From NCBI GenBank assembly GCA_965247685.1, contig OZ252021.1, positions 990,001-1,022,000 on the forward strand: a stretch of DNA of 32,000 nucleotides, given 5' to 3'. Numbering within the stretch: the first letter of the stretch is position 1; every line of letters begins with the position of its first letter. A program made the translations under genes and the position numbers. The notes under the pieces are model-generated. The model saw only the letters and a program-made list of their open reading frames with translations. It had not been told where the DNA came from and did not search any database. Of this stretch, positions 1-9,700 are shown piece after piece. The stretch comes from Bdellovibrionales bacterium (lineage in GTDB: Bacteria > Bdellovibrionota > Bdellovibrionia > Bdellovibrionales > UBA1609).

Positions 1-1
1 T

Positions 2-886
2 GAATACATAGGGAAAAACAATTCTCATAAAGCAGATGAAGCAGCTGTGGAGGCTATGCGGGAGGCTTTTCGTCATGCTCCTATTGATGGAACCGTTGTG
101 ATTGGAGAGGGGGAAAGAGATAAGGCCCCTATGCTTTATATTGGAGAAAAGGTGGGTCGTGGATCAGGGTGTCTAATCCAAGATATTGCTGTGGATCCTC
201 TAGAGGGGACTGGTCTTTGTGCTCGTGGAGAAGAGGGAGCTCTTTGTGTTCTCGCAGGCGCCCCTGCCCAACATCTCCTTCAAGCACCAGATGTTTATAT
301 GAATAAACTTGCCTGCAAACCTCAAGGGCTCTTACACTTAAATTATCCTCTTTCTAAAAATTTAAAACTTCTTTCAGAAGCATTGAGTAAGCCTGTATCA
401 GAACTCAAAGTAGCGGTGCTGAATCGAAAGCGTCATGAATCACTCATTCGAGAACTTCAGTCTTTTGATATTCAACTGACTTTATTTCAAGATGGAGATG
501 TTATGAAATCTTTACTGACTGCTATTTCGAATTCCAAAGATTCCATTGATTTGCTTTTGGGTTCTGGAGGAGCTCCAGAAGGGGTGCTTTCTGCAGCTGC
601 CTTAAACAATTTGAATGGAGATTTTCAAGGTCAATTGATATGGGCAAACGAGGAACAAAAAGAACGTGCAATAAGTATGGGAATTAAAGACCTTCATCGC
701 ATTTATATGCGATCCGAACTTGCAAAAGGAGATACTTTCTTTTGTGCAACAGCTGTGACTTCTAATTCTCTCATGAATGGAATTCAAGAACGAGATTCTT
801 TGATGCATCTTGAGACCTTAATTTGCAGCTCGGATTGCCCTCAGGGATACAAAATTCATACATCTCAATACCCACTACATAAATAA
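2..886 (+). CDS. glpX: Fructose-1,6-bisphosphatase class II (GlpX type), 5' end cut by window edge
   Basis: The frame is open from nt 2 (EYIGKNNSHKADEAAVEAMREAF...), upstream of the tracked Met at 47. GEGERDKAPMLYIGEKVG and DIAVDPLEGT match the GlpX N-terminal and metal-site regions as I remember them from E. coli GlpX. Confidence 0.85.
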   Translation, partial: EYIGKNNSHKADEAAVEAMREAFRHAPIDGTVVIGEGERDKAPMLYIGEKVGRGSGCLIQDIAVDPLEGTGLCARGEEGALCVLAGAPAQHLLQAPDVYMNKLACKPQGLLHLNYPLSKNLKLLSEALSKPVSELKVAVLNRKRHESLIRELQSFDIQLTLFQDGDVMKSLLTAISNSKDSIDLLLGSGGAPEGVLSAAALNNLNGDFQGQLIWANEEQKERAISMGIKDLHRIYMRSELAKGDTFFCATAVTSNSLMNGIQERDSLMHLETLICSSDCPQGYKIHTSQYPLHK

Positions 887-994
887 AGAGTAGAGCTGTT
901 TTGTAATGAGACACTTTCTGATTAGAGTTGTCACCTTTATGAGCAAAAGTGAATATTTTTCATATAGTATGGAGTCAAATCTTCCGAATAATTA

Positions 995-2557
995 ATGAGG
1001 AAATTTTCAAAAGGAAGATTCATGATTTGGGATAAAGTTTGGAATAAAAAAGGATTCACACTCATGGACGCTTTAGCGTCTATGATTGCTTTAGGTTTGA
1101 TCGCACTCACTGTACAGTCTTTAATCTTATTAACAAATCAATTTTTCCATAGAAAAAGAGCCAGTTTTGGTAGTTTGGAGAGTCGAATTCTTATCAACAA
1201 TATGATATGCAATCGGTTTTCCGAACCTGTGTTTGTTCAACTTAACCCTCAGCGCACCTTTAGTTTTGATTCAGATACTAACACTTATACGAAGTTGAGT
1301 TTGAGTGGAAATTTACAAAAAGCCTCTTTCAGTGTTCCTTTGGTAGATATGGTTGAATTGAGTGGTACTGACACCAAGGTAAAGTCAGATTATCTCGCTG
1401 GGGAATTTATAGAATCTATTTTTATTCCTGATACTGACATTACTACTCCAGGAAGCAGTAGCCCTCTAAGGGCTCACATCGATGATAAAGCATCCAATTT
1501 TAGTCTTCTCCAAAGGGATGGAAATACAGCTGTGCAGGGAAGTCGTGACTATTTATCCCAATTTTACGATCTCTATTCGGATACACATACTTTAGTGGCT
1601 TATCAAGTCGATTTTCAGGGGATAGATAGCCCTATGGGAAGTATCAATAAGGGAGTTATTTATGCTTCTCGATGTGCAATGCTGAATCCCTCTGCAGGAG
1701 TAGATAGGGAAGAGTGGTTTGGTGCAGATGAAAATTCGACACATCGGGTTCGTTCTATACAAGATAGCTCTCATGAGAACACTAGTCCTGAGAAGGTGGT
1801 GGGGAATGCCTTTCATGTATTGGAGAATCCTTGGCGTCCTTTTTATTTCCCCAGTAAAAAAGATTCCTATGCTAAAATTCAATGTTGCGATATAGAAGCA
1901 CTCGGTAGTAGTTTAACGGATGCTGACCCGACACAAGGTGATTGGGATGGAGTGGGAAATGGAAGCATTTGTAAAAGTCTGAAATGGGCTTACCCTGTTA
2001 CTTTTGCAATTAATATTGAAAGTTTGGATATCAAAGACATTGCAGCAGATGACAAGAGTATGAATGGGTTCTTTCAAAATCATACGGATGAGCTCGATCA
2101 ACTTGATAGTAATAATCAAGAATGCAACAATAGCGGTTTTAGGTTTGATTACGAAAGAACTTCCTGTCAGAATAAAGCCAGAGAGATTTATGGACAAAAG
2201 TTATTAGAATTTTTTTCCTACCCTGTGAAGTTTGCATCTATCTATGAACTTCCTATGAGTGGTATAAATAGAGCAACAGAAGATAGAAAAGCCGTTTGGG
2301 CTACAGCCTTTACTGCAGATCACATGGAAGGAGCCTCTGTTATGGGATCTTCTATTGTGAAAATGAATTTACTTTCCGTGGAAAATAAATGTCATAGTTT
2401 TTTACCGGATCACATGTGTGAACACTCGCATGGAAACGCGGAGATTGCTGGAAAAAAAATGATCGATTATTTTCAAACTAAATCTTACTCTTGTCCTTTT
2501 GTTTACAGGAATATGAGGAACTCAGGTACATCTATCCCTATGGGTACTATTCTTTAA
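995..2557 (+). CDS. Large Cys-rich protein with a prepilin-type N-terminal cleavage/methylation-like motif (pseudopilin-like), function unknown
   Basis: The N-terminus has KKG|FTLMDALASMIALGLIALTV: G-F-T-L, an acidic residue at +5 (Asp rather than the usual Glu), then a hydrophobic helix. An alternative start at ATG 1022 (MIWDKVWNKKG|F) has an AAGGAAG Shine-Dalgarno-like element 7-8 nt upstream and gives a typical short leader. The rest of the protein is not recognised. Confidence 0.6.
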   Translation: MRKFSKGRFMIWDKVWNKKGFTLMDALASMIALGLIALTVQSLILLTNQFFHRKRASFGSLESRILINNMICNRFSEPVFVQLNPQRTFSFDSDTNTYTKLSLSGNLQKASFSVPLVDMVELSGTDTKVKSDYLAGEFIESIFIPDTDITTPGSSSPLRAHIDDKASNFSLLQRDGNTAVQGSRDYLSQFYDLYSDTHTLVAYQVDFQGIDSPMGSINKGVIYASRCAMLNPSAGVDREEWFGADENSTHRVRSIQDSSHENTSPEKVVGNAFHVLENPWRPFYFPSKKDSYAKIQCCDIEALGSSLTDADPTQGDWDGVGNGSICKSLKWAYPVTFAINIESLDIKDIAADDKSMNGFFQNHTDELDQLDSNNQECNNSGFRFDYERTSCQNKAREIYGQKLLEFFSYPVKFASIYELPMSGINRATEDRKAVWATAFTADHMEGASVMGSSIVKMNLLSVENKCHSFLPDHMCEHSHGNAEIAGKKMIDYFQTKSYSCPFVYRNMRNSGTSIPMGTIL

Positions 2558-2657
2558 AAAAAATATTTTTTTATTTTTCTCAACTTTAAAGGTAAAATGG
2601 AGAAATAAGGCGAAAAAAATAATGGTAGTACAGATATTTTTTATATAAAATAATCTT

Positions 2658-4451
2658 ATGCAGCTTTTTGATATCAAATTTAAAGTTATTGTTTTTATCG
2701 TGTCTATTGCTACTGTACTCAGTTTGCTTTTTATCTCTATTCAAAAAAAACATATGCAATCGAGCTTGAGTCAAGAAGTTCGGGAAAAATTCCAGCAGCA
2801 TTTAGTAGCTCTTCCTGATCCTCCTTTTATAGAAGCTTTAGGCCACGAGCCTTCTTCAGGGGAAATTAAACTTGGGCGAATGTTATTTAACGATCCTGTT
2901 TTATCTCGCAATAACGATGTGAGTTGTGCAACTTGTCACTTATCCAACCATGGATTTGCAGATGGAAATCGCCTCAATTTTGGATCTTTAGGTCAGGGAG
3001 GTCCCACAGGCGACACAGTCGGAAAAAAGTGGGGGCATGGAGTTTTATCCACGAATCGATCTTGTGGAGATGATGGCTCTGGTTTTTCTTGTCGAGATCC
3101 CATGTTCAGAAATTCTTTATCTACAGTCAATGTAGTTTACCGAGCAGGTAAAAAATCCAAAGGAGGTTTATTATGGGATGGGCGTTTTCATGATTTAAAA
3201 TTCCAAGTTCTTCTACCTATCCATACTCCGGAAGAAATGTGCGGGACCAACCCTGTTCCATTAGATGATCATAATGTTTTTAAACCTCAAGGAATTTTAT
3301 TTGAGCAACCTGTATATGTGACTCATAGTCACTATTTCGATCCTCACACAGGAGCACAACTTTTAAAGTTCAACAGTCCTCCACAATGGGTTTCAGGGAT
3401 TCCTTCTCAACGTCCTAATGGAGGATTTTCTTTTCCTGCCCGTAATGAGTGTGTTGCTATTGCTATTGCTAAACTAAAAAAAATCAAATGGTATAAAGAG
3501 ATGTTTGAAAAAGTTTATCAAAGTGATGATATTAAGGATCAAATGATTGGAAGTGCGCTAGCTAGTTTTATCAGCACTCATGTTTCAAATCGCACTCCTT
3601 TTGACCGATTTGTTCGGGGAAAAGATTCTCTTTCCATTCAACAACTTGAAGGTTTAGCCATGTTTTTATCTCCTGTAGGTCAAAGCTTCACTTTGAATGG
3701 TAAAAAACTTAAAGGTGTGGGGTGTGTAGATTGTCATGCGCCTCCTCATTTTGGAGGAACTTCTTTTGCAGGGCTCGGTGTTAAGGGAGATATTCGCAGC
3801 TCTCTTTCTCGTCCGAATATTATTTTTGGAAAAAATACAGGGTTTTTTCCTAATGTCTTATCTAGTCATGGACCATTACCTCAATGTCATATTTTAGATG
3901 ATACAGTCATTATAGGAACGGCGGCACCCGATATTGGAAGAGCTATCTCCACATTTAGCTCCACAGACTGCTTTAGTTTTCGAGTTCCCACTTTGAGAAA
4001 TGTTATTGAAACTTATCCTTATTTTCATCATGGGACTGAGACAGGACAAAGGTTTAAAGGTAATCAGAAGAACTTCAAAGAACTCAGTTTACACTCATTA
4101 AAGAATGCTATTCAATTTCATCTCAATGGATATTACTCTCTTTATCAACATAGTCGTGCTTTTTGGGGTAAAGGGTACAGTGACTCTTCCTTTCAGCTCG
4201 ACCCACTCATTTCTTCGGAGCATGTGAGCTCTATTTTTAAATCCTATAAAAAAATAAAATTAAAACCACAATATCAAGAATCCTTATTGGATTTTGTAGC
4301 TCATGGTTTACACGATTCTTTGTCCGTTAAAAAGGGTTATTTTGGAAATAACCTCAGTCATCCTAAAAAAGTGCCTAGCGGTTTCTTACCCGCCGTCACT
4401 AGGGATGAAGGTCATCAGACGGAACTTCCTCCAAACGGAGATTTTGAATAA
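2658..4451 (+). CDS. Di-haem cytochrome c peroxidase / MauG-family protein, N-terminally membrane anchored, unusually long
   Basis: Two CxxCH haem motifs are present: CATCH within VSCATCHLSNHGFADG, and CVDCH within GVGCVDCHAPPHFGG. The F-x-D-P-x-LS context before the first motif is typical of bacterial CCP. A hydrophobic N-terminal segment (VIVFIVSIATVLSLLFI) is present. Confidence 0.8.
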   Translation: MQLFDIKFKVIVFIVSIATVLSLLFISIQKKHMQSSLSQEVREKFQQHLVALPDPPFIEALGHEPSSGEIKLGRMLFNDPVLSRNNDVSCATCHLSNHGFADGNRLNFGSLGQGGPTGDTVGKKWGHGVLSTNRSCGDDGSGFSCRDPMFRNSLSTVNVVYRAGKKSKGGLLWDGRFHDLKFQVLLPIHTPEEMCGTNPVPLDDHNVFKPQGILFEQPVYVTHSHYFDPHTGAQLLKFNSPPQWVSGIPSQRPNGGFSFPARNECVAIAIAKLKKIKWYKEMFEKVYQSDDIKDQMIGSALASFISTHVSNRTPFDRFVRGKDSLSIQQLEGLAMFLSPVGQSFTLNGKKLKGVGCVDCHAPPHFGGTSFAGLGVKGDIRSSLSRPNIIFGKNTGFFPNVLSSHGPLPQCHILDDTVIIGTAAPDIGRAISTFSSTDCFSFRVPTLRNVIETYPYFHHGTETGQRFKGNQKNFKELSLHSLKNAIQFHLNGYYSLYQHSRAFWGKGYSDSSFQLDPLISSEHVSSIFKSYKKIKLKPQYQESLLDFVAHGLHDSLSVKKGYFGNNLSHPKKVPSGFLPAVTRDEGHQTELPPNGDFE

Positions 4452-4453
4452 GT

Positions 4454-6577
4454 TTATAAAGAATTAGAGTAAACTTTCTGAATGTCCTGAGTGGAAAGCT
4501 TTATTTTTGATCCATAAGAAAGCGAACCCGCTTGAGTGGGACCCAAGTAATTGTACTGCAACTTAAGTTCTTTAAGAGTTTTTTCAAAAACACTTTGCTG
4601 ACTGGTCGAGTACACCACCTCATAAAGTCTTGTTTGAAAAGGATGCCACTCATCATTATCAATATGAACGCCCACGCCTTTCAAAGACATGCGAGCCAAT
4701 GTGTATGCTAAGCCTAAAGAATGCACCACTTGAGCATTTTGAGCTTTCTGAGACAAAATCTGTAATGAATTTATCCATTTTAATATTTGATTTGTGTTTA
4801 AGTGTCCATAAAAGCTTTTACTTGAATTTTTAAATACAGGATGAAAATTACTTTTCATAAAACATTGATGTAAATACACTAAATAAACGTGTTCATTTTC
4901 TTTAAAGTAATCTTGAGGCCATTTCGAAGAATTTTTGATTCCTATCATACCAATGTTAGCCGTAGGAGCTATATTTTTATTACTGGATTCATTATAAAAA
5001 CTTACATTTCCACTGATAATGGGAGTGGACAAAATTTTTGCTGCAGACACCATGCCATCGATTGTTGCCACAAATGAACTCATAATGTTTTCCTTTTCAG
5101 GATTGCCAAAATTAAGACAATCTGTAACAGCCAGAGGTTTAAAACCTCTGATGGATAGTTGTAAAGCAGGATAAATAATAGCGTCCTGTCCTCCCTCAAA
5201 AGCATCACATTCAAGAATAGAAGGACGCCCCCCTAAGACTAGTCCTAAAAATCTACGACTGTGAGGGAGTTGTATAATGCCTATAGGAAACTCACAGCTT
5301 TTTGCTGTTTGAGCGCCCACTGTTTGATCATACTGCTTGTAAATAAACTCTTTAGAAGCTCCATTTGCATCTTTGAGAATCTCAGTCAATGTCTGGCTAT
5401 TGACTGAATTTTGAGAAAGAGTATTTTTCACATCTTCCACCTCATAGGGAAAAGACCATTTTTTATATGCTCTTTGATACTCGGGAGCTTTATCGGTGAG
5501 AATTGAGGGATCTATAGATGTTAAAAGTTTTTTATTCCAGTAGAGATTGATGTTTTTATTCTGAGTTGTTTGACCAATAGTGCAAGCAGAGAGATTCCAT
5601 TTTTCGAATATTTTTTTAATACTTTTATAATTTTCAGGGAGGCAAATCAGAAGCATCCTTTCCTGACTTTCAGATAATAATATTTCTTCAGGCTGCATGG
5701 TTGAATCTCTTAAGGGCACTTGATCTAAATGAATGTTCATTCCTATTCCACCTTTACTTGCCATTTCAAAAGAAGAGCTGGTCAACCCTGCAGCTCCCAT
5801 ATCTTGAGCCGCTAATATTAACTTTTTCTTCATAACTTCAAGGCATCCCTCCATCAGAAGCTTTCCGTAGTAAGGATCTCCCACTTGGACTGTCGATTGT
5901 TTAGATTCTGTTTGATCACTAAAAGACTCACTCGCCATAGAAGCTCCATGAATACCGTCTTTTCCAGTGCGGGCTCCTGCATAAACAATACAGGCTCCCA
6001 CATGACTTGTTTGAGAAGTCATAATTTCATCTTTTGGTCCAAAATATCCGAGTGCTAGGGCGTTCACAATAATATTCTCATTATAACAAGAAGAAAAAAT
6101 GGTTTGGCCTGTCAGCATAGGAATACCAATACAATTTCCGTAACCACCAATACCTTGAACAACTCCCTTTAAAAGGTAAGGAGTTTTAGAATGATTTCTC
6201 TCTCCGAAACACAAATAATTTGCTAAGGCAATAGGTCGCGCGTTCATTGCGAATACATCTCTTAGAATGCCGCCGACTCCTGTCATAGCTCCATGAAATG
6301 GTTCAATATAAGAGGGGTGATTATGGCTTTCCATTTTAAAGGCGATTTTTTCTCCTTGTTTTAAATCAATCACACCTGCGTTTTCTCCAAAACCTGCTAC
6401 CACATCCGAAGATGTAATATTGGAAAATTTTTTCAAATGAATCTTAGAGCTTTTATATGAACAATGCTCACTCCACATTGCAGAAAATAAAGTCAGTTCC
6501 GTATTATTTGGTTCTCGATCTAACAGAGAAATAATCCACTGATATTCTTGTTTTGAAAAATTATTCTTCAAATCCAT
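4454..6577 (-). CDS. purL: Phosphoribosylformylglycinamidine synthase subunit II (FGAM synthase, PurL small type)
   Basis: 707 aa. The N-terminal LTLFSAMWSEHCSYKSSK motif and the overall layout are typical of split-type PurL. It lies directly downstream of purS and purQ on the same strand. Confidence 0.93.
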   Translation of the reverse strand: MDLKNNFSKQEYQWIISLLDREPNNTELTLFSAMWSEHCSYKSSKIHLKKFSNITSSDVVAGFGENAGVIDLKQGEKIAFKMESHNHPSYIEPFHGAMTGVGGILRDVFAMNARPIALANYLCFGERNHSKTPYLLKGVVQGIGGYGNCIGIPMLTGQTIFSSCYNENIIVNALALGYFGPKDEIMTSQTSHVGACIVYAGARTGKDGIHGASMASESFSDQTESKQSTVQVGDPYYGKLLMEGCLEVMKKKLILAAQDMGAAGLTSSSFEMASKGGIGMNIHLDQVPLRDSTMQPEEILLSESQERMLLICLPENYKSIKKIFEKWNLSACTIGQTTQNKNINLYWNKKLLTSIDPSILTDKAPEYQRAYKKWSFPYEVEDVKNTLSQNSVNSQTLTEILKDANGASKEFIYKQYDQTVGAQTAKSCEFPIGIIQLPHSRRFLGLVLGGRPSILECDAFEGGQDAIIYPALQLSIRGFKPLAVTDCLNFGNPEKENIMSSFVATIDGMVSAAKILSTPIISGNVSFYNESSNKNIAPTANIGMIGIKNSSKWPQDYFKENEHVYLVYLHQCFMKSNFHPVFKNSSKSFYGHLNTNQILKWINSLQILSQKAQNAQVVHSLGLAYTLARMSLKGVGVHIDNDEWHPFQTRLYEVVYSTSQQSVFEKTLKELKLQYNYLGPTQAGSLSYGSKIKLSTQDIQKVYSNSL

Positions 6578-6647
6578 ATTTTACCTTATAAAAAATCTTT
6601 TCACTATATCAGTTTCTCTCTTTTGTTTCATTCAAGATCAAGGTGAG

Positions 6648-7295
6648 TTATCCTATGTTTGTAAAAAAATGAAGTCCATCACTGGACCCCATCCAATCCT
6701 CTATTGCTCGCTCCGGATGGGGCATTAAACCTGCAATATTTTTATTCTTATTTACAACTCCTGCAATGTCCAGCATAGAGCCATTGGGATTCTGGGTATA
6801 AGTAAACCAAATTTGATCATTTTGTTGGAGTTCCTTTAAAGTTTTTTCGGAAGCAAGATAGCATCCTTCACTGTGGGCAATAGGGAGGATCGGATTAAAA
6901 TCTTTTTTTTCAGAACAAAAAGAAGAAGAAGTATAGCGTTTGATTCGAACCCATTTATTTATAAATTGAAGTTGTTGGTTTGGAGTCAAAGTACCAGGAA
7001 GCAGTTGAGCTTCACATAATATTTGAAAACCATTACAAATGCCAAGTATAGGGTATCCTCGTTTGGCTGCCTGAATCACACATTGAAGAGCAGGGGAGCG
7101 AGCAGCTAAAGCTCCTGCCCGTAAGTAATCTCCATAGCTAAAACCTCCAGGAATAATTAGTGCAGAAAATTGTTTGTAGTCAAAGTGATCTTTGTACCAT
7201 AAAAACGAACTTTTTATTTTGGCTTTCACGCAAGCTTTTTTTGTGTCTTGTTCGCATTGTGTTCCTGGAAATACAATAATACCAATAGGTTTCAT
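6648..7295 (-). CDS. purQ: Phosphoribosylformylglycinamidine synthase glutaminase subunit PurQ
   Basis: Class I glutamine amidotransferase signature GICNGFQIL (catalytic Cys) and C-terminal HPER. The purS-purQ-purL gene order is present. Confidence 0.93.
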   Translation of the reverse strand: MKPIGIIVFPGTQCEQDTKKACVKAKIKSSFLWYKDHFDYKQFSALIIPGGFSYGDYLRAGALAARSPALQCVIQAAKRGYPILGICNGFQILCEAQLLPGTLTPNQQLQFINKWVRIKRYTSSSFCSEKKDFNPILPIAHSEGCYLASEKTLKELQQNDQIWFTYTQNPNGSMLDIAGVVNKNKNIAGLMPHPERAIEDWMGSSDGLHFFTNIG

Positions 7296-7325
7296 ACTTC
7301 CTCTTTCAATAATAAAAAAAATAGT

Positions 7326-7598
7326 TCATGGTTTAAGCGGTTGTTTTTCTGGATCAGGTATCACTTCTACAGTGTAGGTTTCAGTCAGTGGATTGTAGAG
7401 AACAAAATCGGCCATTTCTTTTACTTTTTGTTTTGCTGATGAGATATCATCCGCATCAACTTCTAAATGAATGCACTTACCATATCGGCAGCTTTCAACA
7501 GGTTTTTCATTTTGTTGAAGCATTTGCATGACTGCTCGACCTTGAACATCCAAGATTTCAGGTCGGGGCAATATTTTAACTTCCACCCATACACTCAT
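7326..7598 (-). CDS. purS: Phosphoribosylformylglycinamidine synthase subunit PurS
   Basis: 90 aa, starting VEVKILPRPEILDVQGRAV, which is typical of PurS. It sits immediately upstream of purQ. An AAGAGG Shine-Dalgarno element lies about 7 nt before the ATG. Confidence 0.85.
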   Translation of the reverse strand: MSVWVEVKILPRPEILDVQGRAVMQMLQQNEKPVESCRYGKCIHLEVDADDISSAKQKVKEMADFVLYNPLTETYTVEVIPDPEKQPLKP

Positions 7599-7765
7599 GA
7601 AAACCTCTTTTCTATATTCCGATTCATTGACAATGAGTGAACTATAATAAATCTTATTTATTTTTTTGAGTAGGTATTTTTTTCTTCATTATGAATTTGT
7701 TTATTTGACGCGTATTGCTGATTAGTAGTTAAATGGCGAGATAGGTTGAGAATAAGGTGTTGGAG

Positions 7766-9058
7766 ATGATTGCAAGGTATACGAGAGAGAATATGGGGAA
7801 TGTTTGGTCGGAGCAGAATCGTTTTGAGCAGATGTTACTTGTTGAGAAGGTAGTTGCTAAGATTCAAGGGCAAAGGAAAATTATTCCACTTCAAGCTTCT
7901 CGTGCTATTCAAAAAAAAGGGAAGTTTTCTTTACTGAGTATTCACCGATTAGAACTTAAGACCAAACATGATGTGTCGGCGTTTGTAAAAAATGTTTCCT
8001 CTTATGTGGGCAACCCATGGGGAGCTTATGTTCATTATGGACTGACATCTTCGGATGTTTTAGATACAGCTTTAAGTTTACAGATTAAGCAATCTAAAAA
8101 AATTATTTCCCAAGAAATTTTATACCTTAAGAGGGTGCTTAAAAAACTTATTCATCAGCATCGAGCAACATTATGTGTGGGGCGTACTCATGGAATTCAT
8201 GCTGAACCCACAACATTTGGTTTTAAGTTACTTAATTTTTTATCTGAACTTTCTCGAGCGGAAAAGACATTCATTCAATCTGTTCAAGAAAGTGCTGTGG
8301 GTGTGGTGAGTGGTCCAGTAGGGAATTATTCTGTTTTATCGGAAAGTTTGGAAAAATCTGTTTGTCGTCATCTTGGCTTGGGAGTGGAGTCTATTTCAAC
8401 GCAAGTGGTGGCTCGAGATCGTCATGCTCGAGTGATCTTTAGCTTATCACTCATTTTATCCGCTTTAGAAAGATGGTCTGTGGAGCTGAGGCATCTACAA
8501 AGAACAGAAGTTTCAGAAGTTTGTGAAGGTTTTTCTAAAGGTCAGCAAGGTTCAAGCTCTATGCCTCATAAAAAGAATCCTATTTCTGCTGAGAATATTA
8601 CGGGTTTATCTCGATTGCTCAGATCTTATCTACAATCTTCATTAGAAAATATCATTTTATGGCACGAAAGAGATATAAGCCATTCATCTGTGGAAAGAGT
8701 GATTTTTCCTGATGCTTTTATTTTGTGTGATTATGCTTTGTTTAGAATGAGAAATATTTTGGAAAATCTTGTTATTCAAAAAGATAATATGAAGAAAAAC
8801 TTATTATCTTCTGGTGGTGTAGTTTTTTCTTCTCAGATTTTACTTCTTTTGGTGAAGAATGGAGTGAGTCGTCAAGTAGCTTATTCTTGGGTGCAAAAGG
8901 CAGCTCATACAAAAAATGTGACTTTTGAGGAGGCCTTAAAAAAGACTCCAGCCCGTCAGTACATTGGAGAAAAGAAATGGCAAGATATTTTTTCTGGAAA
9001 AAGTTGGGCGAATAGGGTTTCTGATTTGGTGCTTAAAAAATTAAAGTCCCATTTTTAG
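7766..9058 (+). CDS. purB: Adenylosuccinate lyase
   Basis: Fumarate-lyase signature GSSSMPHKKNP. The N-terminus MIARYTRENMGNVWSEQNRF aligns with the MIERYSRPEM-type start of Bacillus-type PurB, so I prefer ATG 7766 (AAGGTG 9 nt upstream) over the tracked GTG at 7757. Confidence 0.92.
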   Translation: MIARYTRENMGNVWSEQNRFEQMLLVEKVVAKIQGQRKIIPLQASRAIQKKGKFSLLSIHRLELKTKHDVSAFVKNVSSYVGNPWGAYVHYGLTSSDVLDTALSLQIKQSKKIISQEILYLKRVLKKLIHQHRATLCVGRTHGIHAEPTTFGFKLLNFLSELSRAEKTFIQSVQESAVGVVSGPVGNYSVLSESLEKSVCRHLGLGVESISTQVVARDRHARVIFSLSLILSALERWSVELRHLQRTEVSEVCEGFSKGQQGSSSMPHKKNPISAENITGLSRLLRSYLQSSLENIILWHERDISHSSVERVIFPDAFILCDYALFRMRNILENLVIQKDNMKKNLLSSGGVVFSSQILLLLVKNGVSRQVAYSWVQKAAHTKNVTFEEALKKTPARQYIGEKKWQDIFSGKSWANRVSDLVLKKLKSHF

Positions 9059-9387
9059 TAGTAATAGCCTAAACAATGATTAAGATCAGCTTGGCATAAG
9101 TATCTTGCATGATACGGATCCCAAGTAAAGATTGTTTGATTCAAACAAAGGTTGTATTGATTTCTACAAGAAATATATTGAAACTGTCCGTATATTGAAA
9201 AGTGAAAATTAATTTGAATTCCAGGATTAGCAAGGATGAAGGGACATGTGTTGATGGGATGATGGCAAAGTGATCCATTATGGTAGTGTCCGTGATATTG
9301 TCTGTATCTTTGATTTGAGTGCGCCCAAGAAAAAGATGTCACACTGAGAACTATAAAAACAAATAAAATAAATAATTTATTCAACAT
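9055..9387 (-). CDS. Small secreted His/Tyr-rich protein with six cysteines (set A, copy 1)
   Basis: Signal peptide MLNKLFILFVFIVLSVTSFSWA. A GAGGTG Shine-Dalgarno element lies ~8 nt upstream. Promoter, leader and signal peptide are duplicated at 9701..10095. The mature part has six Cys and many His/Tyr residues. Confidence 0.65.
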   Translation of the reverse strand: MLNKLFILFVFIVLSVTSFSWAHSNQRYRQYHGHYHNGSLCHHPINTCPFILANPGIQINFHFSIYGQFQYISCRNQYNLCLNQTIFTWDPYHARYLCQADLNHCLGYYY

Positions 9388-9432
9388 ATTTTCACCTCTT
9401 TATGCTCTTCTTTTAACAGAGTTAGAGTACAA

Positions 9433-9461
9433 AATCTATACAAAGGTTTAATGTGTGTAAA
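9433..9461 (-). promoter_or_regulatory. Candidate sigma70-type promoter (TTTACA-17 nt-TAGATT) for 9055..9387
   Basis: Read on the minus strand: TTTACA (9456-9461), a 17-nt spacer, then TAGATT (9433-9438). The same element occurs upstream of 9701..9988, around 10033-10062, with an 18-nt spacer. Confidence 0.35.
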
Positions 9462-9700
9462 TTTTTCATTCTTTTTTTAAGATTTTTAATTTTCTGGCAT
9501 TGCTTTCAGGCTCATACCTTCGCAGTATAGAGTTGTGATTTTATCTCTTAAATGTTGTTTTTTGCATCGATAATTTATAGAGTCGTTTCTTTTATTATAG
9601 AATATTCTTATAATAATATCTTCAGGATGTTCTAATTGATTTGTTGTGCTGTATCTTCTTCAGTTAATGGATTTTGTTCGGTGAATCATACTGGAAGATC

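Noticed and set aside
4630-5077. Short plus-strand ORFs inside purL. Similar antisense ORFs occur at 602..808, 1592..1882, 1913..2197, 2586..2801, 7192..7439, 10096..10314, 10250..10444, 14113..14364, 23200..23602, 24223..24405, 29456..29653, 30119..30307 and 31731..31934.
   Set aside because: All are antisense to, or out of frame with, well-supported genes, which is typical AT-rich noise. 31731..31934 is antisense to the infB start region.
7599-7765. Purine or ZTP riboswitch, or a PurR box, in the purS/purB divergent intergenic region.
   Set aside because: I could not find the conserved cores of the purine riboswitch or the ZTP (pfl) motif, nor an ACGCAAACGTTTGCGT-like palindrome. TTGACA at about 7638 is only 10 nt from TATAAT, which is too short a spacer. 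A covariance-model scan (Rfam) would settle this.
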